Assembly: GCA_003510435.1 (NCBI GenBank)
Contig: DOMK01000020.1
Location: forward strand, 59,523 to 123,522
Source of the DNA: Candidatus Magasanikiibacteriota bacterium
GTDB lineage: Bacteria > Patescibacteriota > Patescibacteriia > Magasanikbacterales > UBA922
Direction: 5' to 3'
Length of the DNA: 64,000 nt
Positions 10,266 to 21,900 of this stretch are shown here, piece by piece. The notes below the pieces were generated by a model. It was not told the origin of the DNA. It did not search any database and saw only the letters and a list, made by a program, of their open reading frames with translations. Position 1 is the stretch's first letter; every line of letters starts with the position of its first letter. Position numbers and translations under genes: made by a program.

Positions 10266-10306
10266 CTAGGGCTTCGCTACGCTACGCCCTATAAATAATT
10301 TACTAC

Positions 10307-10335
10307 TTGAAAAAAAAATGGAAGTGTAGTATAAT
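10307..10335 (+). promoter_or_regulatory. tRNA-Ile promoter TTGAAA, 17 bp, TATAAT
   Basis: The hexamers lie directly upstream of tRNA-Ile. Confidence 0.5.
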
Positions 10336-10351
10336 CGTTTTACTTTTTTAT

Positions 10352-10428
10352 GGGCAATTAGCTCAGTTGGCTAGAGCGCAACACTGATAATGTTGAGGTC
10401 CCAGGTTCGATTCCTGGATTGCCCACCA
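10352..10428 (+). tRNA. tRNA-Ile (anticodon GAT), CCA encoded
   Basis: It has acceptor GGGCAAT/ATTGCCC, anticodon loop CTGATAA and T-loop TTCGATT, and ends ACCA. Confidence 0.85.
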
Positions 10429-10539
10429 AACACAGTTGGACAAGACTGTGTTTTAATTTACAAAAAAGATGCTTAGTAATGAGATTCTCGGAGCGAAGCG
10501 AAGATCCCGATTTATATCGGGGCTGGATTGCCCACCAAG

Positions 10540-10577
10540 CCGTCCAAAATAGGACGGTTTTAAATTTGATTTTTTTG
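10540..10577 (+). terminator. rho-independent terminator (ccgtcc aaaata ggacgg plus a long T-run)
   Basis: A 6-bp GC-rich stem is followed by ttttaaatttgattttttt. Confidence 0.6.
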
Positions 10578-10618
10578 GAAAATAGGTATATAATTGATTT
10601 TACATAATTTTATTTTTT

Positions 10619-11266
10619 ATGATACCTAACACTGTTGAAGAGCAGACAGAGGAACAAGAAAAAATTGAATCCTTACCAGAAAAAGAAGAAGTGGTAAGCG
10701 AAGTAGAAAAAGGTTTTTTGGCCAAGACTAGCCTTTTCTTTTTGGAATTAATCAAGATTGTTATTTTGGCGGCGATTACGATTGGCCTGGTACGTTATTT
10801 TTTGTTCAAACCATTTTATGTAAAAGGTCAATCAATGGAACCAAATTTTTATGAAAGTGATTACCTTATTATAGATGAATTATCTTATCGTTTTCGTGAA
10901 CCCGAGCGGGGGGAGGTTGTGGTTTTTCGCGCTCCGGTTGATAAAAAAGAATTTTATCTAAAACGAATCTTAGGTTTACCAGGAGAGAGAGTGAAAGTTG
11001 GTGAGGGAAAAGTGGTTGTTTATAATGATAATTACCCACAAGGAATTTTGGTAGAAGAAAATTATTTAACCGAAACTACGCCTGGTTCTACTATTACTAC
11101 TCTTGGTTCTGATCAATATTTTGTCATGGGTGACAATCGTGATGCTAGCTATGATTCTCGTCGGTTTGGACCAATTGAAAAAACAGATTTTGTTGGTCGA
11201 GCTTGGGTAAGAGGTTGGCCATTTAGTCGCTTGAGTGCGTTTGAAGTCCCAAAATATAATTTTTAA
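10619..11266 (+). CDS. lepB: signal peptidase I
   Basis: It has 'GQSMEPNF' (catalytic Ser), 'LKRILGLPGE' and 'YFVMGDNRDASYDSR' (GDNR box). Confidence 0.9.
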   Translation: MIPNTVEEQTEEQEKIESLPEKEEVVSEVEKGFLAKTSLFFLELIKIVILAAITIGLVRYFLFKPFYVKGQSMEPNFYESDYLIIDELSYRFREPERGEVVVFRAPVDKKEFYLKRILGLPGERVKVGEGKVVVYNDNYPQGILVEENYLTETTPGSTITTLGSDQYFVMGDNRDASYDSRRFGPIEKTDFVGRAWVRGWPFSRLSAFEVPKYNF

Positions 11267-11423
11267 TATTAATCACTAATTTTGACTCGCCCAGGGTAGG
11301 GAGAAATCCCTTTTCTAAGCAACACAAGATGCTTATATAATACACAAACTTTAATGTTAATCACATTGATTTTAAAAGGGATCCCTCTCCGCCCTGGGCG
11401 GATCGGGATTAACAAAAAAATTT

Positions 11424-12881
11424 ATGCCAACAAAAAATAAAAAAACTTTTAATAAGAAAAGTCCAGACAAAAAGATTAAAAAGAAAAATGTAGAAAAGAA
11501 AGTAGTGGCGCCAAAAAAGATTGAAAATAGAACAGAAAATCATGCTGAAGAAAAAAATAATGATGAAGTAGTGGAAGGTATTAAAACCGGTAAAGGTAAA
11601 GTCTTATCTCTGCTCAGAGGTTTTAAAGATATTTTGCCAAAAGAAGATAATTTTTGGAAAGTCATTCGTCATTCAGCAGAAAATTTGGCTGATGCTTACA
11701 ATTACAAATGGATTGAAACCCCAATATTAGAAGAAGCAAGCTTGTTCATCAGATCAATTGGTAAGGGGACAGACGTGGTGGATAAAGAAATGTATGTATT
11801 TGAAGATGCTGATGGTGATAAAATTTGTCTTCGTCCAGAGAGCACTGCTTCAATAGCCCGTGCTTATGTTTTACACGGGATGCATACCATGCCTCAGCCA
11901 GTAAAAGTTTGGTATTTGGGACCAATGTTTCGTCATGATCGACCACAGGCTGGACGATATAGAGAGTTTCATCAATTTGGTTGTGAAAGTTTGGGAGTAA
12001 AAGATCCAGTCGTGGATGCCGAATTGATTGCGGTGGCGTATTATTTTTTGAAAGATTTGAATATTAATTCGATTGTTTATATTAATAGTATTGGTACTGT
12101 AGCTGATAGACAAAATTATATTGTAGAATTAGTTGGTTATTTACGAGCCAAGAGAAGTTATTTGTGTGAGGAATGTAAAAAAAGAATAAACAAAAATCCT
12201 TTACGAGTTTTGGATTGTAAAAATCCAGATTGCAAAACTATTTTGGAAGAGGTACCTCAGATTATTGATTGGCTAAGTGATGAATCGAGAAATTTTTTCA
12301 TGAAAGTTTTGGAATATTTGGATGATCTTAATATTCCATATGAATTGAAACCAACTTTGGTGCGTGGATTGGATTATTATACTGATACCGTTTTTGAACT
12401 TTACAAAGAAAATGGTGAAGAAGGAGCCCAAAGTGCTCTTGGTGGTGGTGGTAGATATGATGGTTTGGTGGCAGAGTTAGGTAGCAAAGAAATTGTTCCG
12501 GGCTGTGGTTTTTCTTTAGGCCTTGAAAGAGTGGTAAATGTTTTGAAAGAACAACAACAAGCCAGTGGCACAGAATATCAAGAAACCAATAAATTTTTCT
12601 TTGCTCAATTGGGTGAGCAGGCAAGACGTAAGACCTTGAAAGTATTAGAAGAATTACGTTTGAATGGAATAATTGTAAAACACAATTTGGCCAAATCAGC
12701 CTTAAAGGCACAGTTGGAATTGGCTAATAAATATAAAGCCGATTACACCTTGATTTTGGGTCAAAAAGAAGTTCAAGATGGTACAATTATTATTCGGGAT
12801 ATGGAGTCTGGTATTCAGGAAATTATTGATCAAAAAAAATTGGTACCAGCTCTAAAAAAGAAATTGGAGAAAATGAACTAG
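11424..12881 (+). CDS. hisS: histidine--tRNA ligase with a Lys-rich N-terminal extension of about 55 aa
   Basis: Class II aaRS motifs are present ('LRPESTASIARAY', 'FRHDRPQAGRYREFHQ', 'GGGRYDGL'). The N-terminus is K-rich. Confidence 0.9.
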   Translation: MPTKNKKTFNKKSPDKKIKKKNVEKKVVAPKKIENRTENHAEEKNNDEVVEGIKTGKGKVLSLLRGFKDILPKEDNFWKVIRHSAENLADAYNYKWIETPILEEASLFIRSIGKGTDVVDKEMYVFEDADGDKICLRPESTASIARAYVLHGMHTMPQPVKVWYLGPMFRHDRPQAGRYREFHQFGCESLGVKDPVVDAELIAVAYYFLKDLNINSIVYINSIGTVADRQNYIVELVGYLRAKRSYLCEECKKRINKNPLRVLDCKNPDCKTILEEVPQIIDWLSDESRNFFMKVLEYLDDLNIPYELKPTLVRGLDYYTDTVFELYKENGEEGAQSALGGGGRYDGLVAELGSKEIVPGCGFSLGLERVVNVLKEQQQASGTEYQETNKFFFAQLGEQARRKTLKVLEELRLNGIIVKHNLAKSALKAQLELANKYKADYTLILGQKEVQDGTIIIRDMESGIQEIIDQKKLVPALKKKLEKMN

Positions 12882-12886
12882 TTTAT

Positions 12887-12915
12887 TTGACTTTTGGCTA
12901 GAACTAGTGTATTAT
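12887..12915 (+). promoter_or_regulatory. rpsU promoter TTGACTTTTGG...TAGTGTATTAT
   Basis: It is near-identical to the tRNA-Val promoter over about 29 nt. Confidence 0.55.
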
Positions 12916-12963
12916 TAAAACAAGATTAATTTATCTAATTTTATTCACAGGAGGTGAATAAGT

Positions 12964-13209
12964 ATGTCAGAAATAAAACGTAAAAAAGGTGAATCCTTTG
13001 AAGCTTTTATGCGCCGAATCAAACGGCGTTGGCAACAGTCCGGTAAGTTGTTACAGGCTCGCAAAATTCAATATGTCCAGCCTACCTTGAGCAAGAACAT
13101 GCAAAAGAAACATACCGTCAAAAAGTTGCAAATGGTTTCAAAAATGAATTATCTGCGTAAAATTGGTCGTTTACCAGAAGAAGAAGAAAAATTCACTAAA
13201 AGAAAATAA
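12964..13209 (+). CDS. rpsU: 30S ribosomal protein S21
   Basis: GGAGG Shine-Dalgarno site upstream. The protein is basic and matches the S21 pattern 'ESFEAFMRRIKRRWQQSGKL'. Confidence 0.75.
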   Translation: MSEIKRKKGESFEAFMRRIKRRWQQSGKLLQARKIQYVQPTLSKNMQKKHTVKKLQMVSKMNYLRKIGRLPEEEEKFTKRK

Positions 13210-13214
13210 ACTTT

Positions 13215-13658
13215 ATGTCTTTGCGTGATGAAATTCAGGAGGCGCAAAAACAAGCTATGAAAGAACGCAAAGAGAAAACCTTATCTACTTTGCGTCTTTT
13301 GTGGTCACAAATTAGAAATACAGAAATTGATAAAAAAGGTGATTTGACTGATAGCGAAATTTTGGATGTGGTCAAGCGTCAAGTTAAACAACTAAAGGAT
13401 TCATTAAAAGATTTTGAACGTGGTGGTCGACAAGATTTGATCACTGGTGTAAATGAAGAAGTGGGTTTGTTAGAAAGTTATTTGCCAGCGCAAATGGGAG
13501 ACGAAGATCTCAAAAAAATAACTGAAGAAGTTTTGCAAAAAAATAATATTACGGAAACAAAAGATATGGGAAAAGCGATTGGCCTCGTGATGAAAGAAAT
13601 TAATGGTGGGGCAGATGGTAATCGAGTGCGCGAACTGATCAGTCAAATTCTAAAGTAA
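13215..13658 (+). CDS. yqeY: GatB/YqeY domain protein
   Basis: It is a YqeY-like sequence in conserved rpsU–yqeY synteny. Confidence 0.75.
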   Translation: MSLRDEIQEAQKQAMKERKEKTLSTLRLLWSQIRNTEIDKKGDLTDSEILDVVKRQVKQLKDSLKDFERGGRQDLITGVNEEVGLLESYLPAQMGDEDLKKITEEVLQKNNITETKDMGKAIGLVMKEINGGADGNRVRELISQILK

Positions 13659-13675
13659 ATAAATAAAATTAATTC

Positions 13676-15904
13676 TTGTCCCTGGTTTCCATGCTGACTA
13701 GGACTGACAAAAAATTAAATTGGTTGAAAAAGACTACCACACTGTTTGCGGTTATTTTTGTGGTAGTTTTTTTGTTTTATCCAGTAGCCAATTCATTGGC
13801 AGCTGATCCTGTTTTTCAAGGACCGCAAGAACAGACTGATATCTATGGTTTACAGCCAGTAGCTGATACGATTGCTCTTACCCAGATGGATATCAGACTG
13901 GTAATTGCCCGAATTATAAGAGCAGTTTTGGGTTTATTGGGAATAATTGCCATTTGTATTGTACTTTATGCTGGCTTTATTATAATGACATCTGGTGGCA
14001 ATGAAGAAAAAGTAACTTATGGCAAGAGAATACTAATTAATGGTGTAATTGGTCTTATTATTATTTTGTCAGCTTTTGCGATTGTAAGTTTTGTGATAAA
14101 TGCTTTAGCTAAAATCTATGGCCTTAATATGGGTGGTAGAGTTAGTCGTACGCCAATCATTAGAACTTTTGATGGTAGTGGTGCCCTAGGTAGAGTGGTA
14201 AAAGATCATTATCCATTCCGTGATCAAAAAGATGTAGCAAGAAATACGAGCATCGTCGTGACTTTTGCTCAGCCAATATCTCCAGCTAGTGTGATTATAA
14301 ATAGTAATAATACTTGTTGGCGAGATGACGGTAGTAGTGAACCATTAAAAATAGTTGGTGGCGGAACCGGTTGTCTAAAAGTAGACAATGTGGCTGTACC
14401 ATATTATGGTGATTGTTTTACACCAGATGGTCAGGTATTTAATCAAAATACTGATTGTGATACTTTGGTAACTTCCTCAGTGCAAATATATGAAACATTG
14501 AAAGGGGAATTAGATCCTATTCCAGTGATTGAAGCCGTAGCTCTGGCTAGTTATGAAGATGGGGCACAAAAAAATGTTTATTCTTTAGTTTTCAAACCAA
14601 TTAATTTCTTGGGTAGTGACACTACTAATATAAGTTATACAGTTGTTTTGTCTGATAATATAATGAAGAAACCAATAGCTGGTGATGATGAAATAAGTGT
14701 TTTTGATGGTTATTTGGAAAATTATTATGAATGGTTGTTTGAAACTGGGACAGAATTTGATTTTGATCCACCATATGTAGAAAGGGTTTATCCTTCCTCT
14801 GATCCTAATAAACCAGGTTATCGCAATTCTGTTTTACAAATTTATTTTAATGAACCCATTGACCCCACTGTGGCTCAAGGATATTTTAGCTCCACTAGCA
14901 TTTTTAATAATATAGTGGTGGATAGTTCATCTACCTTGGATATAAAAGGTGAGTGGAAATTATCCAATGGTTATACTATAGCCGAATTTTTATCAGCCGA
15001 TGAATGCGGACTAAATAGTTGTGGTGAAATTATGTTTTGTTTGCCAGTAGGTTGTCCTGAAGAAGATGAAACGTGTAGTGAATCATATGAGGTTTTGGCG
15101 AGAACGGCTGAATTACTCAATAATCCTGATGTACCATTTGGTGCACGATTGTTTACTGGTATATATGATTTGGCTGGCAATGCTTTGAATGGTAACGAAG
15201 ACACTGAAACTGTCCGAACCGCTGAAGGTCAACCAACTAGCACTGTGGCTAATGAAATTAGAAATGATGATGAAGCACCAGACAATTATTGGTGGAATTT
15301 TTTAATTGGTAATAAAAAGGATAAGAGTGCGCCATATATAGAGTATATTACCCCGAGTATTGATCAGGGTAATATTAGTGAATTAGCTCTGGTCAATATT
15401 AGATTCAGTGAATTGATGTGGGCTAGAACTGTGCGTGATTATGTTGGTTTGGATGAATATGAAGCCAACCATTGTTATCAAATAAAAGGTAATGATGTTT
15501 GTTTGAAAGATTTATGGTTTGCTTCTAGGATAACGGTTTCTAGTACCAGTGGAGAAGAAAAGACTATTATAGATGTAAACCATCGTGAATTTGGGCCAAA
15601 TGATACTGATCTTTATTATTTTCCCAAGATTTTTAGCCAGATAAAAGATGCTAATCAGAATTGTTTTTATCCAGGAAGAGGGCCAGGATTGAATGAAGAT
15701 AGTGAGACTACAGAATGTAATGTGGTTTATGATAAGGACGGAATAATGTTGAGTCAGACTGGTTGTGTGGCTGATATGCCAAATTCTGATGCTACGCGCG
15801 ATACTGGTTGTATGACCACTTATCCAGTATCAACTACGGTGGGTAATATTCCAGAGTGTATTAATGAAATAAAAAATAATATAGTTAGCCCAATGAGTGA
15901 ATAA
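13676..15904 (+). CDS. large secreted protein with an N-terminal VirB2/TrbC-like (T4SS pilin-like) two-TM module and a Cys-rich extracellular region
   Basis: A signal peptide is followed by 'IRLVIARIIRAVLGLLGIIAICIVLYAGFIIMTSGGNEEKVTYGKRILINGVIGLIIILSAFAIVSFVINALA'. This module is paralogous to the N-terminus of the next gene. Confidence 0.6.
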   Translation: MSLVSMLTRTDKKLNWLKKTTTLFAVIFVVVFLFYPVANSLAADPVFQGPQEQTDIYGLQPVADTIALTQMDIRLVIARIIRAVLGLLGIIAICIVLYAGFIIMTSGGNEEKVTYGKRILINGVIGLIIILSAFAIVSFVINALAKIYGLNMGGRVSRTPIIRTFDGSGALGRVVKDHYPFRDQKDVARNTSIVVTFAQPISPASVIINSNNTCWRDDGSSEPLKIVGGGTGCLKVDNVAVPYYGDCFTPDGQVFNQNTDCDTLVTSSVQIYETLKGELDPIPVIEAVALASYEDGAQKNVYSLVFKPINFLGSDTTNISYTVVLSDNIMKKPIAGDDEISVFDGYLENYYEWLFETGTEFDFDPPYVERVYPSSDPNKPGYRNSVLQIYFNEPIDPTVAQGYFSSTSIFNNIVVDSSSTLDIKGEWKLSNGYTIAEFLSADECGLNSCGEIMFCLPVGCPEEDETCSESYEVLARTAELLNNPDVPFGARLFTGIYDLAGNALNGNEDTETVRTAEGQPTSTVANEIRNDDEAPDNYWWNFLIGNKKDKSAPYIEYITPSIDQGNISELALVNIRFSELMWARTVRDYVGLDEYEANHCYQIKGNDVCLKDLWFASRITVSSTSGEEKTIIDVNHREFGPNDTDLYYFPKIFSQIKDANQNCFYPGRGPGLNEDSETTECNVVYDKDGIMLSQTGCVADMPNSDATRDTGCMTTYPVSTTVGNIPECINEIKNNIVSPMSE

Positions 15905-15907
15905 AAT

Positions 15908-18900
15908 ATGTTTAATTTTAAGAAAAAATTAATTTTTATATTATTTTCTCTAATTATAGTGATGGGTACTTTTGTTTTTGTTTCCAATGTTTTTGCCCAA
16001 TCAGCTGATGTTTTTGGTTTGAAGCCGGTAGGTGATTCGATTGCCCTCGGTGGACAGGATATAAGAATAACAATTGCAAAGATAATAAGAGTGATTCTAG
16101 GTTTATTGGGTATAATCGCCATGGGAATTGTTTTGTATGGCGGTTTTGTATATATGACATCTGGTGGTAATGAAGAAAAGGTTGCTCAGGCAAAAAAAAT
16201 TATTATTAATGGCATAATTGGCTTAGCGATTATTCTTTCAGCCTTTTCTATTGCGAGTTTTATTATTAATAGTTTGGCTGGGGCAACTATAAATAAAAAT
16301 CCTCCTAATGACAACTTGTCGTGTTTGGATTCTACTTATCGTGAGGAACATCCTGCTAAGTGTGATAAATGTATTAAATGGCCACAGACATGTTGTGAAG
16401 AGTATTTTATTGTCAAAAGTATTACACCTGTCACAAATGCCACCAACATGAATAATGTGGTGATTAGGGTTTTGTTTAGCAAAAAATTGAGTAGTGACTA
16501 TACGAGTAATACAAAGTTACGTGAAGTCGTTCAGGTGTTTGGTTCATCAGGAACTAATATTACTAATAAATTTGATTTTGTTTTAAAAGATGGCTTGTTG
16601 GTAGAATTGACACCAAATAATAATTCTGGTCTGAAATGTGAAGGTACGACTAATTGTTTAGCTGATGGCAATTACACTATAAAAGTAAATGAAAATACCA
16701 AATCTATAAATAATGAACCTCTTACTACGGATGTGGAATTTTGTGGTGAGTATCCTTTGGAAGGAAAATTTATTACTAATCACGAAACTAAGGGTTTTTA
16801 TTTTGATGGGGTAAATGATTATATTGAAGTGACTAGTACAGACATGAATATTACGACGGGTGATTTTACTGTGGCAGTTTGGGCAAAATCAGTTAAGTTT
16901 ATACAAAGATCCTCAATAATTAATAAAGGAGCATATTTTCCAGAAAAAAATATTGGTTATAATATTGGTTTTATAAGTAATCCCAAAAATGTTTGGTTTG
17001 TAGTGAGTGACGGTCCAGCCTCTAGTCCGGCTAACACTCTATCTAGAACATATGATACTTCTACGAGTAGTCGAAGTGGAGTTTTTGATTGGGCACATTT
17101 TGTTCTAGTTAAAACTGGTAATCAAATAAAAGCTTACACAAATGGCGTTTTGGTTGGTACAGCTGGTGGGGTAGATAGTTCAATTTCAAATGTATCTAAT
17201 TTTTTAATTGGGAAAAGTATTGTTAGTAATAAATTTTTTAATGGTTATATTGATGATGTTTATTTTTATAGAAGAGCTTTGAATGATACAGAAATAACTA
17301 GTCTTTTTCAAAAAAATGCTAGTATCCCTAGAGATACAGCTTTGGTAGGTGAATGGAAGTTTGATAATGTCGTGGGTAATAAAGTAATAGATAGTTCTGG
17401 TAGAAATAACAATGCCGTAGTCTATGGCGCGACTTGGGTAGAGGGTACCTCAGGTGGCACATCAGCCCAGACGACTTATAATTTAGGTTTTGATGGAATA
17501 GATGATTATATAGAAGTGTCAGATAATAGTGTTTTAGATTTGACAGATGCCATCTCGGTTTCTACTTGGGTAAAATCTCGTGCTGAAGGGTATATCGTGG
17601 CCAAGGATCCCTATGTGTGGCAGACAGTGGCAAACAATTATATTCCTTTTATGGGGCCTTGGAATTGGGTACAAAATGAAATGCAAGGTACCAGATTTAC
17701 TCCAAAAAAAGATGGTACTGTTGATAAATTATGCAAATATTCAAAGGGCAACCAGACTTTAAAATTGTGGGATAGTTCATTTAATGAATTAGCTTCAGTC
17801 CAATCTTTAAATACTGTTGATGAGTGGAAATGTGAGACAATAACTTCACCTGTTTTAGTTCAAGCAAATAAACTTTATTATGTAGGCATTTGTTGTAATG
17901 ATGGTATCAATTGTATTCGTAGGGCAGAGTCTGGTAATGTGGTTTACCCACTATTAGTTGGAGATGTTGAAATGGGGCGGTCGTTTTCTGTTTCTAATAA
18001 TTCTGGCTGTGCCCTGTCTGGTTTACCAGGGACTTCAGCTAATGCTTTTTTTGTAGATATTAATTTTGTGCCAAGTGGTAGTACACCAGTGGCAGAAATT
18101 TGTAATGATAATCTTGATAATGATGGCGATGGTAAGCTTGACTGTTCAGATCCAGATTGTGTTGGTAATTCGGCCTGTCAAACTACAAAAACCAATGTGC
18201 CCTTTGCCCTTAGTACAATTGGTAAAGGACAATTTTTAATTAAAAAAGATGGGGTAGACCATGTGGTAAATTCCTCAGTAAATATAAATGATAATTTATG
18301 GCATCATGTGGTGGCTACTTATAGTAAGAGCGGTAGCGGTGAAATGAAAATTTATGTGGATGGAAATTTGACTGGCACGGCGACTGGTTATACTGGTGGT
18401 ATGCCCACAAACAATGACCCATTATTTATTGGTCGATCTTATGATCCAGCCCAAACGACAAATTATTTTAAAGGTAATATCCAAGATCTAAAAATTTACA
18501 ATCGAGCCTTGTCTTTGTCTGAGGTTGGTCAACTTTTTAATAAACAAACAGTTCCAACCGGTTTGATTTCCAGTTGGGACTTTAATCTTGGTAGTGGCAC
18601 CAGTCTTTCTGATAATGAAAGAAGAAATATTGGTACATTTAAAGGTGGGGTACAGTGGTCATCAGTGACAATTCCGGCTTCTGGCCCAAGTTCTAATGTT
18701 GGGGTCAAAGATTCTCAATCACCAGAAGTTAGTAGTTTAGCTGTAGACAACCTTATTACTACTAGTACTTATCGTTTGCGAGGGGGCAAGGATTATGATC
18801 TTACTACCCAGATTGCTGATGAAAGTGGTTTTGGTTATTTGCATATAGAAGTAGAAAAAACTAAAGATCATGAAGGCAAAATTGTTTCTCCAGCGCAAAA

Positions 18901-21900
18901 AATGATGGCCACTGATTATTATTATGGTCCGTCAGTAGCTCAGGGTTCAAATGCGCCATTTTCTGCACCATACCAATTTAGTCATCCTTTAAATTTTAAA
19001 AATAGTAGTACCACTATTTATACAGCTGGTCTTTATACTGTAAGAGTAACGGTTTATGATATTGATAATAATAGAACTATAAAGACATTAATAGTTAGTT
19101 TAATTCCAGAAAGTTGTACCAATGGTCAATTGGATCCAGGTGAAGTGACTTCTGATGAGGGTGGAGTATGTGGTCGTGGAGAAGGTGAAAGTTGTGATAC
19201 AGATAATGATTGTAGTTATAGTCTTAGATGTATTGATCACTTGGGTGATGGAAATAAAGTCTGTACAGCTTATCCAATGATAGAAGGAGTTAGTCCAATG
19301 ATGTCTGGAGCTGGCGGTAATTGGATCACTGTCTATGGTAAGCATTTTGGTGAAGAATCGGGTAATATTCAATTTGCGGTTGGTAATCACCCTACTACTT
19401 CTACGGGAAGCTGGGCAAATGCCAATTTGGCGGATTGTGAACAAGATGTGTGGCATGATAAGTGGGTGATTGTGCAGGTGCCAGAAGATAATACTACTTT
19501 ACCTCTATATAGTACTAGTACAATTAAATTGCAAACCACCTCAACTATTCAAGTTGGTGGTGTGTATATAAAACCTTATGATACAACGGTAGATGATTGG
19601 GGATTGGACAGTGGCCAACCTGGTTTATTTACAAAAAATACTGAAGTTTATCCTGGTTTGTGTAGTGTTGGTATAATCAATCCAATTATTGACCCAGAGA
19701 CAGAACTAGTTGTTGTAGAAGCTGGTGAAAATCGTGGTTTGCCTGGAGATGAAATTGAGGCGATTGGGCAAAATCTTGGTGATGATAGAAATGGGGGAAA
19801 ATTATTATTTGGTGGCGACAATGTAAATACCCAAGTTTCAGATTGGAATGATACTAACATTTTAAGCGTAGTGCCAGAATTAACAGCCGAGTGGTATGGA
19901 GTTTATGCTCAGATGGGTTCAACTGGAGGATCGAAAAAAAGTAATGCAGTGCCGTTTCATGTTTTGGATGAGGGCTTTTTGCGAGCACCAATTATAGAAA
20001 GTATTGATCCACCAACAACTACACCAGGCAGTTATATTACAATTTATGGTAAAAGATTTGGTAAACAAGTTGGTCAATATAAAGGCCGGGTATTTTTGTC
20101 AGTCTCTAAAACAGAAGCCAAAAATTGTTTGGATGGTACACCAGAGGTAGATAAATGTTTAGAATTATCTGATGCTGGTTTTCCACAAGAATGCAGTGAG
20201 ACTTGGTTTAATGATCACGTAATTGTTGGCATTCCAAAAATTATTCCCCAGATATTTAGAGATAATTATCAAAATACTTTATTGACTCAAGGTGAAGTGG
20301 CAACTGATCTTTTGTCTTCGGCTGGTTTGGGTAGTGAACATATAGTTAATTCGTATCATAATTATGTAAAAATAAATGATTCTGAAACGTTTTTATTAAT
20401 GGGTAGAAGTTTAGAAGTTGATGTTGTTTTGGATGATTTAGCGACAAGTACAGGTCAATTTTCTAAAAATTCAACACAATGGAAAAAAAATAGGTATGTG
20501 TTGATCAAATCACCTACTAGTACTGATACGTATGCTGATTTTAAAATGAGAATAGAACACACAGTGGACGTGGCAGATGGTGCTGTAAAAAGAACATTGT
20601 ATGTTGAAAGTGATACCGTAAGAGTTTATAGCATGATTCAACCTAATTATTCAGTGTCTTTTCCTCTTCAAAATGATGTAAAAAGATTTAAATTTAAAAT
20701 AAAACCAGGTTATGATGGTGCTGATAAAAAACTTTTTAGTTATTTATCCACCTCCACTGATCCAAATGTGGAACCGGGTACCCCTTCTTTAGCTAATACT
20801 AGTGATAGATTATTTACAGCATTGGTTAGTAGTACCAAACCATTATTTTTAGGTTACAATACTGTCATTGGTTCCAATAATGTCTATACTTTATTTGGTA
20901 TAATAAAAAGTTTAAAAATAAATAATGATGCTTTGGTGGATGATCCCAATGCTTATTTCCGTCCCTACATTATATTAGAGAGCAGTGCCGAAGAACCTCT
21001 AAATACTTCTGGCAATGATCAATATACCATTATTAATGGTGATCCAGCACCAGGGATTTGTCTTATTAGTCCAGCTAGTGGCCCAGCCCCTTTGCCTGTC
21101 GGAGAATTTTTAACACTCTATGGTAATAATTTTCCTTTAGATCCTTTTGTTTATTTTAGAGGTCCAAATTCTGATCCAAATAATGTTAGTAGTACTGGTG
21201 GTTGGTTGGAAGCAGAAGACGTTAGTTTAATTCCTTTGGCTGGTGGTGGACAGATGATAACCACTACTATTCCTTATAGTGAAACTATTTTATTAGGTGA
21301 AGGTCCACACACTGTAAAAGTTAAGAAAAATACTACCCCAATTGCTGTAAGTAATGGTTTGGATTATTTGGTGATAGATTGTACCAAAGCTAGTAAAGAA
21401 GAATCCACTAGAATGGAATCTCGTTATCAATGTTGTACAGCTGGTAAAGATCTTGGTAAATGGAAATTGGATAGTAGTGTTTGCGATGGTCAAGTACGCG
21501 AGGCTGGCTATGTATGGCGGTTTACGACTGGTATTATAAAATTACCTCCTTATGTAGTAGAACAGTGTGATCAAGAACATTGGAATGATCCAGGTGTGAC
21601 TTTGAAATTTCCTTCGCCAGTGCCATGGATAGGTTGGAAGAGTGGAGACTCAGTTTGTCTCAATGCCTCAGTGGCAGTTTATTTTAGCCGGTCAATGGAT
21701 GAAAATACTATAAATTCTAGTACAGTAAAAATGTACAAGTGTACGGCCACAGAAGACAATACGACTGGTTGTACAACTGCAATTCCTCTGGAAGATGATG
21801 AAATTATTCTTAGTTCACAAGTTTTGTATATTAGACAAAATCCACCTTCTAGTGATTTAACTTCTAGCACCTGGTATCAAGTTAAATTGTCCAAGGACAT

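Noticed and set aside
10419-10607. 62-aa ORF starting inside tRNA-Ile
   Set aside because: It overlaps the tRNA gene, the duplicated tRNA 3' end and a terminator, so it is not a credible CDS.
11749-12711. Several minus-strand ORFs inside hisS
   Set aside because: They are antisense to a complete hisS with all class II motifs.
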